Source: Octopus vulgaris (taxonomy: Eukaryota). From it: a stretch of 64,000 nucleotides of DNA. The stretch covers positions 15,500,001 to 15,564,000 of the forward strand of contig OX597817.1 of NCBI GenBank assembly GCA_951406725.2, given 5' to 3'. A program made the translations under genes and the position numbers. The notes below the pieces were generated by a model that was given only the letters and a program-made list of their open reading frames with translations, ran no database searches and had not been told where the DNA came from. Positions 24,125-36,560 of this stretch are shown one piece after another; the first letter of the stretch is position 1; each line of letters begins with the position of its first letter.

Positions 24125-24995
24125 ATGATGGGCGCTCCCGTGGAAGACGGTGAATGAGCGTACAGCCTTTGCCAAACAACTTGCACAAACAATTTGTTTA
24201 TCGTGATCGAACGTTCGTGCCACACATCAGCTCACTCACTCCATCAAATCAATATTTCCTGAACAATTGCACATTGTAGCACATAGGTATAGAAGTGGCT
24301 GTGTGGTAAGTAGCTTGCTTACGAACCACATGGTTCCGGGTTCAGTCCCACTGTGTGACACCTTGGGCAAGTGTCTTCTACTATAGCCTCGGGCCGACCA
24401 AAGCCTTGTGAGTGGATTTGGTAGACGGAAACTGAAAGAAGCCCGTTGTATATATATATATATATTTCTTTACTACCCACAAGGGGCTAAACACAGAGGG
24501 GACAAACAAGGACAGACAAAGGGATTAAGTCGATTCCATCGACCCCAGTGCGTAACTGGTACTTAATTTATCGACCCCGAAAGGATGAAAGGCAAAGTCG
24601 GCCTCGGCGGAATTTGAACTCAGAACGTAATGGCAGACGAAATACGGCTACGCATTTCGCCCAGCATGCTACCGTTCCTGCCAGCTCGCAGGAACGGTAT
24701 ATATGTATGTGTGTGTGTGTTTGTGTGTCCGTCTTTGTCCCCCTAGCATTGCTTGACAACCGATGCTGGTGTGTTTACGTCCCTGTAACTTAGCGGTTCG
24801 GCAAAAGAGGCCGATAGAATAAGTACCTGGCTTACAAAAGAATAAGTCCTGGGGTCGATTTGCTCGACTAAAAAAGGTGGTGCTCCAGCATGGCCGCAGT
24901 CAAATGACTGAAACAAGTAAAAGAGTAAAAAGTAATATCAGGTGTTGGAGTGATTGCAGAGTAATATGAGATGAGGTGTTTTGCTCAAGAACACT
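24125..24995. mobile_element. Three-level SINE nest: third-family SINE (-) containing CORE-like SINE (+, 24286-24934) containing Nin/Deu-like SINE (-, 24464-24697)
   Basis: Outer pieces 24125-24285 and 24935-24995 are the reverse complement of 39797-40085; inner elements match their family consensus. Confidence 0.75.
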
Positions 24996-25412
24996 ACTCT
25001 ACTCTTTTACTCTTTTACTTGTTTCAGTCATTTGACTGCGGCCATGCTGGAGCACTGCCTTTAATCGAGCAACTCGAATCCGGGACTTATTCTTTTGTAA
25101 GCCCAGTACTTATTCTATCGGTCTCTTTTTGCAGAACCGCTAAGTGACGGGGACATAAACACACCAGCATCGGTTGTCAAGCAATGCTAGGGGGACAAAT
25201 ACAGACACACAAACACACACACGCATATATATATATATATACATATACACGACGGGCTTCTTTCAGTTTCTGTCTACCAAATCCACTCGCAAGGCTTTGG
25301 TCGGCCCACGGCTATAGTAGAAGACACTTGCACAAGGTGCCACGCAGTGGGACTGAACCCAGAACCATGTGGTTGGTAAACAAGCTACTTACCACACAGC
25401 CACTCCTGTGCC
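24996..25412 (-). mobile_element. Full-length CORE-like SINE
   Basis: Reverse consensus. Confidence 0.9.
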
Positions 25413-25639
25413 TACATACATAATGGTAAAAAAAGGTAAACGATTTTCTGTATCTTTAGAAACAAGTAAGAAAATAAAATGGTAGTGAATGAGAAAAGAA
25501 CCCCAGCCAATGACTGGTACAGAGGGCACATACACATACATGCATATACTTACATGCGTACATACAGACAAATACATATACATACACAAAGGTACATGTT
25601 GTATATATGCAGTCACACAGATGTACACAAACGCATGCA

Positions 25640-25922
25640 AATATACATACACACATACATACATACATACATACATACATACATACATACATAAATACAT
25701 ACATACATACATACATACATGCATACATGCATGCATGCATACATACATACATACATACATACATACATTCATGCATGCATGCGTGCGTACGTACGTACAT
25801 ACATACATACATACATGCATGCATGCATACATACATATGTACGTACGTACGTACGTACATACATACATACATATGTACGTGCGTACATACATACATACAT
25901 GCATACATACATACATACATAC
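25640..25922. repeat. (CATA)n/(CATG)n/(CGTA)n microsatellite
   Basis: Directly visible; target site of the hAT insertion. Confidence 0.95.
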
Positions 25923-26328
25923 CAGTGGCGTGCGGTGACTTCCGGCGTTGGGCATGCAATTAATTTCATTGCCCCCCCCCCCCCCCCGGCAATTTTTCAG
26001 TAAGACATTTTCGTATTCCTACGATTTACATATAAGAGATTCTGAATATGCAGAATAAACAGGGAATAAAAAATGGCTGTGCAGAGATGATCCTGAAATA
26101 AGTGTATTGTTTGTATTATTCTTTGCTCTTCGAAACGTCAGTACTTTCCCATCCTCATTCTCCCTTAGAAAAGTCTAAAAATCATAAGTGAAATGTAATA
26201 AAGATGAAATTGGATTCTGTCAATATTTTTGCATATTCAGAATCTCTGTTAAAGGTAGGAATCCGAAAAAAAATTTTCACATAAATTCGTTTTTCAAAGG
26301 GGTGCGATTCTGCATTAGCCCCTATACC

Positions 26329-26441
26329 TATCGGTTGAGCTGGATGAAATGATTTAATTAAAAGAACACATTTAGTTACATTATATCGGTTGAGCTGGAT
26401 GAAATGATTTAATTAAAAGAACACATTTAGTTACATTATAT
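26329..26441. repeat. Perfect 55-bp tandem duplication inside the hAT
   Basis: TATCGGTTGAGCTGGATGAAATGATTTAATTAAAAGAACACATTTAGTTACATTA, two copies. Confidence 0.95.
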
Positions 26442-26937
26442 GGCCATGGTTTTAGATCGTTACGCTCTCGAAGACAAGTCAGGTTCTTTATCATGCTACT
26501 TGTCAATTCCGGGAAAATTATTGACTGTTCTGAGACTTACTGAACTCCGTACATTAAAGGACTACGTCTCACGCACAAACATTGAAAATACACGCATATA
26601 CATGAATACGCACACAATGAAAGACAGCGAAAATTCAACATTGTAAAAAGCCTCCCAAAACTGTTGTGGCAGAAATCAACATCTCTGAGATTGAAACAAG
26701 ACACTTATTGAAAGTGAAACAAAACACTTATTTACGGCCGTAAATAGACTACACCCAGCAGCACAGAAAGGGAAATCTATGTAGGTTAGGTTTCACGAAG
26801 AAATCAAAACATTTCTCCTGCGAAATAATACTGATGTAAGAAGGTCGAACCTTACGTTATAACAAACACTAAGCAAAACCTGTAATATATGCTCTTTAAT
26901 ATATTATTTTTTTTAATGTTTTAAAATGTTACTTAGC

Positions 26938-29079
26938 TCATTTATAAATTAATTCAATTCTTCGATCTTTCTGGGCAAATATATCTATCACATTTTCATA
27001 GAAATCTTCTCTTTTCATCAATTCTTGTAATAAATCTTTTTCAATTGACATTAGTGCTAACCCAGACAGTCTTCTTTCTCCTGTCGCATTTCTTTGGTAT
27101 GTTTTAATTCTACTTAATGCAGAAAAGGATCGCTCTACAGAAGCAGTGGTAGACGGAATTGTCAAAATCAACTTGCACAGATTGAAGAGTTCTGGCATAG
27201 CTTCAACAAGATCAGTGCTGTTAATGTAACTCATTAAATGACTTACACTTGGTTTTTTAAAATCTTTCATTGAATACATCACATTGAGCTCACTTTGTAA
27301 TCGTATTACATCAAAAAATCTGCCATAAGTTGTTCTTAAAGAATCTAAAGAGTCCACAGGAAATTGTTTGCAATACTCATCAACTTTGTTGAAATTCAAA
27401 AGTTCCATGAATTTAAACTCTTCTAAGGATGAATATCGTGCTTTTATTTGGTCAACTATTGTACTTATAATTTTGTTATAAAGCGTTCTATAATGTCGTT
27501 GGGGATCAATAGATATATTCTTGGATCTCTGAATTCCGATTCCTGCATCGACTCCATATTTTTCCCCTAACCTATCATAAAAGACTGAAAAATTATCAAG
27601 TTTGTTTTCGAGTACAGTTCTAGTTTTATCTATTTGCTGTTTACAATACACTATGTCATGACTTTTACTCTGGAGTATGTTAAATAAGACGTCAGTAAAA
27701 GAAAAAATGTCACTGAATACCTCTAACAAAAATAAGAAATCAGGAGCTTTTAAAGTGTGTAAGAATCCAATTGCTGAATTTATGGTGGTATCATCCCATG
27801 CTTCAGGATTTTCAATGATGTGTTCAAAAAGGCTGATTATGAAATTATAATTTTCCTTTGTGGTAATAATAAGACGTGAGGAGTAATTCCATCTAGTTGC
27901 TGTTGCTTTCGGAAATCTTTTTTTAACAATGTTAGCTAATGCATTAGTCCTTTTCGGTGATTTCGTAAAAAATGTACCGAGTCCGTTTATTGTAGAAAAA
28001 AATATCTTGCATTCTTTCATAGCAGAGCATGATTGTGAAAGAACTAAATTTAGGATATGGGCACAACAATGAATAAAGATCGCACATTCATATTTCTTTC
28101 TTACTTTTGCCTGTAACCCATTTAGTTGTCCTGCCATTGTAGCGGCACCATCATATGTCTGCGCAATCAATTTGTTTCCACATTCCCACGTCTCAATGCA
28201 TTTAAAAACATGTTCAGATAAAGCATTTGCAGATCGATCTGCACTAACATCACTAAAACCGATAAATCGTTCTTTCGTCACACAGTCTTCTGTAACATAA
28301 CGTAAAACTGTTGACAGTTGTGAAGATGCTGAGACATCAGATGTCTCATCAACAAGAATAGAAACAAACTTAGCTTGGTCAATTTCCTTCTGCATCTCAT
28401 TCAACATAACTTTATGAATTGCTTCGATCAAGTCATTTTGAATTCTGTTCGACAGACCAGTGAAGATAGAAGCTGTATCTAAATGACATTCCATATGTTT
28501 GTCATATTTACTGATCAAATAAACGAGTTCTTTATAATTTCCCCGATTATTAGAGCCTTCAGATTCAAAATGACCCCGAAACGATAATTCCTGGAGGCCT
28601 AAAAAAATAACAACATCGATCAATCGTTGCAGAATGGATCTGTTTCGTCGAACTTTCTCATTATGCTGTTGTATGCTTTGATTTTTACGTGCATCTAATT
28701 GTAAGTCTATGCGAACATTCCCGAATATTTTAAGGTCTATCAAACATTTTATAAGCCTTTGAGAACGCTCGTGCTTTAGCATAGCCATATGTAAATTATT
28801 TAAATCATCATAGCCTTTATCATTCCAAACATTTTTTTCTAAGCCAAAAAGTAAACACGGCCAACAGAATAATTTATTAAGAGCAACACTTCCAGTTAAC
28901 CATTTCTTCTTTTCATACGAATTAACCTGAAATTGTCTCGTGAATTTCTTGTTGTAGCTTCGCAAATTAGGTAAATTCGGTGTTGGTCTGCCACGATTTA
29001 TAATTAATTTTTTCCCATCGAAGTCCCTTTTAGAAAAACTAGTTCTCAAAATATCGTTTATAGCACACATTTCACTCAT
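26938..29079 (-). CDS. hAT transposase (TTF-type zinc finger, DUF4371, C-terminal dimerisation domain; ZMYM1-like/Tip100-like), 713 aa
   Basis: Uninterrupted ORF with FCWPCLLF, ILVDETSD, QTYDGAATMAG, HCCAHILNL (CxxH), ATRW and PSTTASVERSFSALSRIKT motifs. Confidence 0.95.
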   Translation of the reverse strand: MSEMCAINDILRTSFSKRDFDGKKLIINRGRPTPNLPNLRSYNKKFTRQFQVNSYEKKKWLTGSVALNKLFCWPCLLFGLEKNVWNDKGYDDLNNLHMAMLKHERSQRLIKCLIDLKIFGNVRIDLQLDARKNQSIQQHNEKVRRNRSILQRLIDVVIFLGLQELSFRGHFESEGSNNRGNYKELVYLISKYDKHMECHLDTASIFTGLSNRIQNDLIEAIHKVMLNEMQKEIDQAKFVSILVDETSDVSASSQLSTVLRYVTEDCVTKERFIGFSDVSADRSANALSEHVFKCIETWECGNKLIAQTYDGAATMAGQLNGLQAKVRKKYECAIFIHCCAHILNLVLSQSCSAMKECKIFFSTINGLGTFFTKSPKRTNALANIVKKRFPKATATRWNYSSRLIITTKENYNFIISLFEHIIENPEAWDDTTINSAIGFLHTLKAPDFLFLLEVFSDIFSFTDVLFNILQSKSHDIVYCKQQIDKTRTVLENKLDNFSVFYDRLGEKYGVDAGIGIQRSKNISIDPQRHYRTLYNKIISTIVDQIKARYSSLEEFKFMELLNFNKVDEYCKQFPVDSLDSLRTTYGRFFDVIRLQSELNVMYSMKDFKKPSVSHLMSYINSTDLVEAMPELFNLCKLILTIPSTTASVERSFSALSRIKTYQRNATGERRLSGLALMSIEKDLLQELMKREDFYENVIDIFAQKDRRIELIYK

Positions 29080-30283
29080 TTTGAAAAAGGCTGCTCTTAT
29101 TTAAGGACCCACGTGGAAGCGCCGGCGTAAATTTTAAGTCAATTTCAACAAAACGGAAAAATACCCTTTGTTAAATTAATTTAAGATTAATTAGCTATTT
29201 CTGAAATAAGAAATATAATATAGATATTTTTGCTTTCAAAACTTTCTAAAAATATGATAGTGCAAACGGATGTTTTGGATAAAAAATTTCTTACTTACAA
29301 GCGAAGGCTATTCCAACATTTCAGCTGGCTAAAACAAGAATTATGGGACGGCTCTTGTTCCGGTCAAAATAGCCAGAGAAGCGTGATATGCGATCTTAGA
29401 ACAGCATGACACGCCAAACTGAATTTGTCGAATCGTTGAGAGAGAAAGGGGTGACCATTTCTCGTAGCATATCTTTTAAACAAAGAAAGAGGAAGAAGGG
29501 ACAAACTATCAAAGACAGAGAGAAGGGAACTCATGCTGTCTTCTCAACGCATGACAAGCGATAAATTTATCGAGTCACTAAGATAGAGAGAGAGAGAGAG
29601 AGAGGGGAAGGAAGGACAAACTAATACAGACAGAGAGGGAGTGTGTATCATGCGATCTTCTAAAAGCATTTATCAAAGCAGATGTACGAAGTGGAGACAA
29701 TATTTCTAAAACAACAGGACGTATTTTCTTTCAAACAAAGAAGGCATGCAGCGCATACCTTGCATTGCTGAGAGTGCACGCCCCTGATACATACATATAA
29801 AAGAGATATATGTATATGTATTTATGTGTGTAAGTGTATAAGAAAGATAATAGTTGTATGGGTGTATGTGTGTGTAAGAGAGGGCATGTTCAACTTTATG
29901 TATGTGTGTATATATATATATATATATGTTTGTGTGTATGTGTCTGTGTGTGTGTATTTGTGAGTGAATGTGTGTGCGTGCGTGTGTGTCACTATTCAAC
30001 TCATGGTCATGAAAGTCAATGTGTGTGTGTGTGTGTGTCTGTGTCTGTTTGTGCATGTGCATGAGCACTCGTGTGTGTGTGTGTGCTACCGTGTGTTTCA
30101 ATTCTCACCTCTCTCATGGACTGCAAAGGCAAATGTCAGTTTCAACAGGACATGAAAACGAAAGTAAATAAATAAGAATTCTTCACCAAAATTGCCAAAA
30201 TTGGCATTTATGAGACTCATATCGAAAGATTGCTTTTTTACATGTTTTCCAGTATAATTTGCCTCTTTATTTGGTATTTCGAT

Positions 30284-30696
30284 TACTCTTTACTCTTTTA
30301 CTCTTTTACTTGTTTCAGTCATTTGACTGCGGCCATGCTGGAGCACTGCCTTTAGTCGAGCAAATCGACCCCGGGACTTATTCTTTGTAAGCCCAGTACT
30401 TATTCTATCGGTCTCTTTTGCCGAACCGCTAAGTGACGGGGACGTAAACACACCAGCATCGGTTGTCAAGCAATGCTAGGGGGACAAACATAGACACACA
30501 AACACACACACACATATATATATATATACATATATACGACAGGCTTCTTTCAGTTTCCGTCTACCAAATCCACTCACAAGGCATTGGTTGGCCCGGGGCT
30601 ATAGCAGAAGACACTTGCCCAAGATGCCACGCAGTGGGACTGAACCCGCAACCATGTGGTTGGTTAGCAAGCTACTTACCACACAGCCACTCCTGC
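30284..30696 (-). mobile_element. Full-length CORE-like SINE
   Basis: Reverse consensus. Confidence 0.9.
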
Positions 30697-30995
30697 ATGC
30701 TAGCTTAAAAACAAAGCAGTATTTATATCAGTAATTCCTGAAGTGGGTGCTAACACTTCCCTAAAGGGAACTGGGGAGCTCAAGCAAGGCACTGGAAGAG
30801 AAAGAACATGGGGAGGAAGACAGGGGATGACGGAGGGGGTGGGGAGAAAGTAATAAACAGTAGAAAACTAATTGATTCTCCTAAAATTGTTCCCTCTGTG
30901 TTAAATACTGTAAAGGCATGAACGTATTAAATGAATACGCATACACACACATTTATAGTCGACAGATGAGATCTAGAAATTTTTAGTATAGAAGA

Positions 30996-31409
30996 GGCGT
31001 AGGAGTGGCTGTGTGGTAAGTAGCTTGCTTACCAACCACATGGTTCTGGGTTCAGTCCCACTGCGTGGCACCTTGGGCAAGTGTCTTCTACTATAGCGCC
31101 GGGCCGACCAATGCCTTGTGAGTGGACTTGGTAGACGGAAACTGAAAGAAGCCCGTCGTATATATGTATATATATATATATATGTGTGTGTATATGTTTG
31201 TGTGTCTGTGTTTGTCTCCCCCAACATTGCTTGACAACCGAGGCTGGTGTGTTTAGGTCCCCGTAACTTAGCGGTTCGGCAAAAGAGACCGATAGAATAA
31301 GTACTAGGCTTATAAAGAATAAGTTCTGGGGTTGATTTGCTCGACTAAAGGCGGTGCTCCAGCATGGCCGCAGTCAAATGACTGAAACTAGTAAAAGAGT
31401 AAAGAGTAA
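30996..31409 (+). mobile_element. Full-length CORE-like SINE
   Basis: Consensus match. Confidence 0.9.
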
Positions 31410-31592
31410 GACACTTAGTGCTCATATGATCCAAATTTAGACTTTGGCATCTTTACAGAGGATCAATTCCATTGGTTAAAGAATGGCTATAAGAGGGATC
31501 AAATTGAGCAGATATGGGGGCAATAATGTGGATAAACTAATTAGCTAGGATAAATATAACAGTTTGGGTATGAAGTACAAAATATGTATATC

Positions 31593-31979
31593 TGGCATCC
31601 GTGTCGGTGACATGTAAAAGCACCAACTGATCGTGGCCGTTTGCCAGCCTCCTCTGGCCCCTGTGCCGGTGGCACGTAAAAAAAGCACCATCCGATCATG
31701 GCCGTTGCCAGCCTCGCCTGGCCCCTGTGCTGGTGGCACGTAAAAGGCACCATTCGACCGTGGCCGTTTGCCAGCCTCCTCTAGCCCCTGTGCCGGTAAC
31801 ACGTAAAAAGCACCCACTACACTCACAGAGTGGTTGGCGTTAGGAAGGGCATCCAGCTGTAGAAACACTGCCAGATCAGACTGGAGCCTGGTGCAGCCTT
31901 CTGGCTTCCCAGACCCCAGTCGAACCGTCCAACCCATGCTAGCATGGAGAACGGACGTTAAACGATGATGATGATGATG
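31593..31979 (+). mobile_element. RTE-type LINE 3' end with (GAT)n tail
   Basis: Four GGCACGTAAAAAGCACC-type repeats plus the conserved tail. Confidence 0.85.
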
Positions 31980-32061
31980 TATATGTAAAATGAGAGAAAG
32001 TAAAAAGTGGAGACTATCAGATGATATATTTATCATCTGATCGTCTCCACTTTTTACTTTA

Positions 32062-32957
32062 AGTGACAAACACTGTCACCAATGCCCAAGTGGTAACCTT
32101 CTCTATCTAGCTCTTCTTAACTGCAACTGCATTGCTCTTTAATACAGCATGAGTCTGATGTTGTATTAATAGAAAAGTAATGATGTAAGTTCAGCCATAG
32201 ATGCCAGTTTATCTGAGTATATGAATAAATTGATATATAATTATATGGGTTAAAAAAAAGAAAGAAATGACTATATGAGTTGGTGCTGTTTCTTCTTGTT
32301 AAAAAATTAGGTGCATCAGTGTTTGGTCCAGCACATGATGATATAGGACAACATTGTAGCTAGCTGATCTGACGGGATACTTGGCTGTCAAACTCTGGCT
32401 GCACACCTGTTGACTTACATTCATGTCTGTGGCATCCTGTGAATATAGCAGAATGACACATTCACTACAACCTCATACAAAAGATGTCACCAGATTAAGA
32501 ACCATATTGGTTTCAAATTTTGGCACTAGACCAGCAATTTTGGGGAAGAGGATAAGTTGATTAGATTGACCACAGTACTCACCTGGTTCTTATTTTATGG
32601 TTCTTATTTTATAGAATACCAAAAGGATGAAAGGCAAAGTTGATCTCAGTAGGATTTGAACTCAGATGGATGAGACACCACAAACATTTTTGCCTGGTAT
32701 GCTAATGATTCTGCCAGGTCACTGTTTCCGAATTAAGCACTATATTAATATGTTTTACAACAAATATACCTAATCCACACCAATCTGGAAAGATGGTGGT
32801 TAAAATAATCTGTATATCTTGCATTCTGATTTTAGGAAGTAGCCAACCATAACGATTCGGTGGAAAGGGAAAAGAAGAATTTAAGGAAAATGGAATTCTC
32901 AAACACTTTTGGGGTCGATGATAACCTAAACTTGGAGGTATTTGTTCTGTTTACTTT
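32062..32957 (+). repeat. Local duplication, copy 1 (intron plus exon)
   Basis: About 0.9-kb direct repeat of 35658-36560, a few percent diverged in the intronic part. Confidence 0.95.
32836..32937 (+). CDS. CCDC13: CCDC13 exon, duplicate copy A (EVANHNDSVEREKKNLRKMEFSNTFGVDDNLNLE)
   Basis: tttag| acceptor and |gtattt donor, 102 nt, identical to 36439-36540; whether it is used is unknown. Confidence 0.5.
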
Positions 32958-33212
32958 TAAGTATAAATATATAGATATTTACATTAATAGATCCAACTTA
33001 CACAGAGTACATATGACAGAGAAAATTAAAGGGCAGGAGTTAAGGTGTTATAAGTCTAACAGCTGTTTCTGGGGTCTTGGAGATCCATCATAATGTTGGT
33101 AGATGTAGTTCATTACAATATGTGAGCTCTAATGGAAGCAATCAACATTGGATAAATCAAGCCACAATCAAACTGTTATATTTAATATATCTAATTTGTT
33201 TATTGACATAAA

Positions 33213-33625
33213 TGCGCAGGAGTGGCTGTGTGGTAAGTAGCTTGTTTACCAACCACATGGTTCCGGGTTCAGTCCCACTGCATGGCACCTTGGGCAAGTG
33301 TCTTCTACTATAGCCTCGGGCCGACCAAAGCCTTGTGAGTGGATTTGGTTGACGGAAACTGAAAGAAGCCCGTCGTATATATGTATGTATATATATATAT
33401 ATGCGTGTGTGTGTTTGTGTGTCTGTGTTTGTCCCGCTAGCATTGCTTGACAACCGATGCTGGTGTGCTTATGTCCCCGTTACTTAGCAGTTCGTCAAAA
33501 GAGGCCGATAGAATAAATACTGGGCTTACAAAAAAGAATAAGTCCCGGGGTCGAGTTGCTCGATTAAAGGCGGTGCTCCAGCATGGCCGCAGTCAAATGA
33601 CTGAAACAAGTAAAAGAGAGAGTAA
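33213..33625 (+). mobile_element. Full-length CORE-like SINE
   Basis: Consensus match. Confidence 0.9.
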
Positions 33626-33727
33626 ATGCCTTTATATGTATATATATATATATGTGTGTGTGTTTGTGTGTGTGTGTATGTGTGTGTGTGTGTGTATGTG
33701 CATTACTTTTTGACTAACTGCCATAAA

Positions 33728-33790
33728 TACGAAGGTGAGTCAAAATGTAATGTAAATAGAAATTGTATTACATTCTGACTCACTGTCGTA
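33728..33790. mobile_element. Very small mariner-type MITE (Made1-like palindrome)
   Basis: TA-CGAAGGTGAGTCAAAATGTAAT...ATTACATTCTGACTCACTGTCG-TA. Confidence 0.65.
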
Positions 33791-34599
33791 TTTTATAGAT
33801 ATAACATTGTAGAACCTAAAGAGAAATCTTGGCAGTACAGTATCAAACATTTAAGATATGGGTCTATTCCATCATTAGCAAACAAGCTTATGACTAGTGT
33901 GCCTGATTTATCCAGAGGTGTCTGAAACTATGAAAAAAATCATGTCGATAAATCAACTAAAGATTTATGCTATTTTAAAGCACTTCAAGACTAATTCTGC
34001 CAACAGACTATTGTTCTCATACATGCCTTCATTCATACTATTGGCCTCTTATAAAGTAGAATTTTGCTGCTCATTGCCAAATTCAGAAAAGTGTTTTTCT
34101 TGGAGAAGTATTGATCCAAGTGTCTGTTAGTGATTTTTGTACGTACTATGTTGCTTAAACCAGCAACTGATATAAGATTCCTTTGAGAAATAATACAATA
34201 CTATAATGAATCGACAAAGAGAGCAAGGGGGATGAAGAAACAACACGTAACTTTTTATACAAGTGGAAGAATGAAGATTTAACATTACCACACATTCACT
34301 TTAAAAAAAGAAACCAAGTCAATCGTTATTATTTGCCAGACATTTGAGGAGATACACTAAAGGAGAGTTGCTATTTCTTATGAAAGAGTTATTTGTGAAG
34401 AAAAAGAGATTTCTCTTACAAATATAATAATAGCTGCAACTGGAGGAGCTCTGCTGATAGCTACTACCACGGATTCATGGCACATTTAGAAAAGGGCAAT
34501 AGCAAATGTGTTAGATAGGCACTGTATGGTTCATCAACAACATAAGCTGCAAGCAACCTTAATTGTTGTTTGCATTAAACATTTTATCGAAATCGATCA

Positions 34600-34937
34600 A
34601 AAATCAATGGAAATTGCAGTTGCCGGTGGCACATAAAAGAACCATCTGAACGTGGCTGTTGCCAGCGCTGCCTCGACTGGCCTCCATGCTCGTGGCACGT
34701 AAAAAGCACCAACCGATTGTGGCGTTGCCAGCCTCACCTGGCACCTGTGCCGGTGGCACATAAAAAGCACCCACTACACTCACGGAGTGGTTGGCATTAG
34801 GAAGGGCATCCAGCTGTAGAAACACTGCCAGATCAGACTGGGCCTGGTGCAGCCTCCTGGCTTCCAGACCCCAGTCGAACCGTCCAACCCCTTCTAGCAT
34901 GGAAAGCAGACGTTAAACAATGATGATGATGATGATG
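34600..34937 (+). mobile_element. RTE-type LINE 3' end with (GAT)n tail
   Basis: Same motifs as 31593-31979. Confidence 0.85.
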
Positions 34938-35409
34938 TACAGCAAGTAACAAAATCAGAAACAATTCCCACGGCAAATTATTTGGTCAGTTGTGCCAACA
35001 AAACAATGAAGAATTTCATCAGTTGCTCTTTTACACTGAACTTCACTGGTTGCCCAAAAGTACTTGCTTGAATTAACTGTGTAATATTTTTGTGATATTT
35101 TTCTATCTATTGAAAACAAAAATGTTTTTTTTTTATATGTGACATATTTTAATTTTTAAATCCAACAAAAGGAGAACTTTTGATCCCTTTTAGTGGAGAT
35201 GCATCACTTAGCGAATAGGGTGCTGCACTCATGACTAGCCTCCTGTCCAGTGGGAATATATACAATTTAAAATGTGGGAAACCAGCCTTATGAGCTTATC
35301 GCTCATGAAGGCCTTTTGATCTGGTTGATCTTGGTGCTGTGTTGACAGGCCCCGTCACTCTGGATTGGGGGGCTTGAGTGACTGTGGTGTATGCAAGACA
35401 TTCGAAATA

Positions 35410-35655
35410 AAGGAACCTACCTTCTCTTCGCTCAGATGGAGACCCTTCAGCGGTAATGGATCCTTCAACACAGCCCGACCTGAACGCTAGAGATAGCAGC
35501 TGCTTCTCCCAAACCTTAACAACGTGCTGACCCATCTTACCTGCTCGGCGACCTGACTTGAAAAGGCAGAATCCTGCATTCGCTGCGCGCGTGTCACTGC
35601 TGCCCCTTCCGGTCAGCTCCCCAGCTGCTGACATCATCCCACATGACGTCATCCC
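35410..35655 (-). mobile_element. LINE 5' region fragment
   Basis: Reverse complement of 22665-22890. Confidence 0.65.
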
Positions 35656-35657
35656 AC

Positions 35658-36560
35658 AGTGACAAACACTGTCACCAATGCCCAAGTGGTAACCTTCTCT
35701 ATCTAACTCTTCTTAACTGCAACTGCATTGCTCATTAATACAACATGAGTCTGATGTTGTATAAATAGAAAAGTAATGATGTAAGTTCAGCTATAGATGC
35801 CAGTTTATCTGAGTATATGAATAAATTGATATATAATTATATGGGTTAAAAAAAAAAGAAATGTCTATATGAGTTGATGCTGTTTCTTCTTGTTAAAAAA
35901 TTAGTTGCATTAGTGTTTGGTCCAGCACATGATGATATAGGACAACATTGTAGCTAGCTGATCTGACGAGATACTTGGCTGTCAAACTCTGATTGCACAC
36001 CTGTTGATTAACATTCATGTCTCTGGCATCCTGTGAATATAGCAGCATGACACATTCACTATAACCTCATACATAAGATGTCACCAGATTAAGAACTATA
36101 TTGGTTTCAAATTTTGGCACTAGACCAGCAATTTTGGGGAAGAGGATAAGTTGATTAGATTGACCACAGCACTCACCTGGTTCTTATTTTATGGTTCTTA
36201 TTTTATAGAACACCAACAGGATGAAAGGCAAAGTTGATCTCAGTAGAATTTCAACTCAGAGCGTAAAGATGGATGAAATGCCACTAAACCTTTTGCCTGG
36301 TATACTAATGATTCTGCCAGGTCACTGTTTCCAAATTAAGCACTATATTAATATGTTTTACTACAAATATACCTAATCCACACCAACCTGGAAAGATGGT
36401 GGTTAAAATAATCTGTATATCTTGCATTCTTATTTTAGGAAGTAGCCAACCATAACGATTCGGTGGAAAGGGAAAAGAAGAATTTAAGGAAAATGGAATT
36501 CTCAAACACTTTTGGGGTCGATGATAACCTAAACTTGGAGGTATTTGTTATGTTTACTTT
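35658..36560 (+). repeat. Local duplication, copy 2 (intron plus exon)
   Basis: Direct repeat of 32062-32957. Confidence 0.95.
36439..36540 (+). CDS. CCDC13: CCDC13 exon, copy B (..MEFSNTFGVDDNLNLE)
   Basis: AG/GT bounded, 102 nt, ends in phase 0 and joins in frame to 38869. FGVDDNLNL resembles human LEVSDGLSL. The start codon may be the internal ATG or lie in an unseen upstream exon. Confidence 0.7.

Larger units (their letters stand above)
25923..29786 (-). mobile_element. Full-length hAT DNA transposon (3864 bp)
   Basis: TIRs CAGTGGCGTGC (25923) and GCACGCCCCTG (ends 29786); 8-bp TSD ATACATAC at 25915-25922 and 29787-29794; single long transposase ORF. Confidence 0.95.

Noticed and set aside
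26938-29079. Host gene ZMYM1
   Set aside because: TIRs, TSD and an intronless ORF without MYM fingers identify a transposon; ZMYM1-like is the usual automated label for such transposases.
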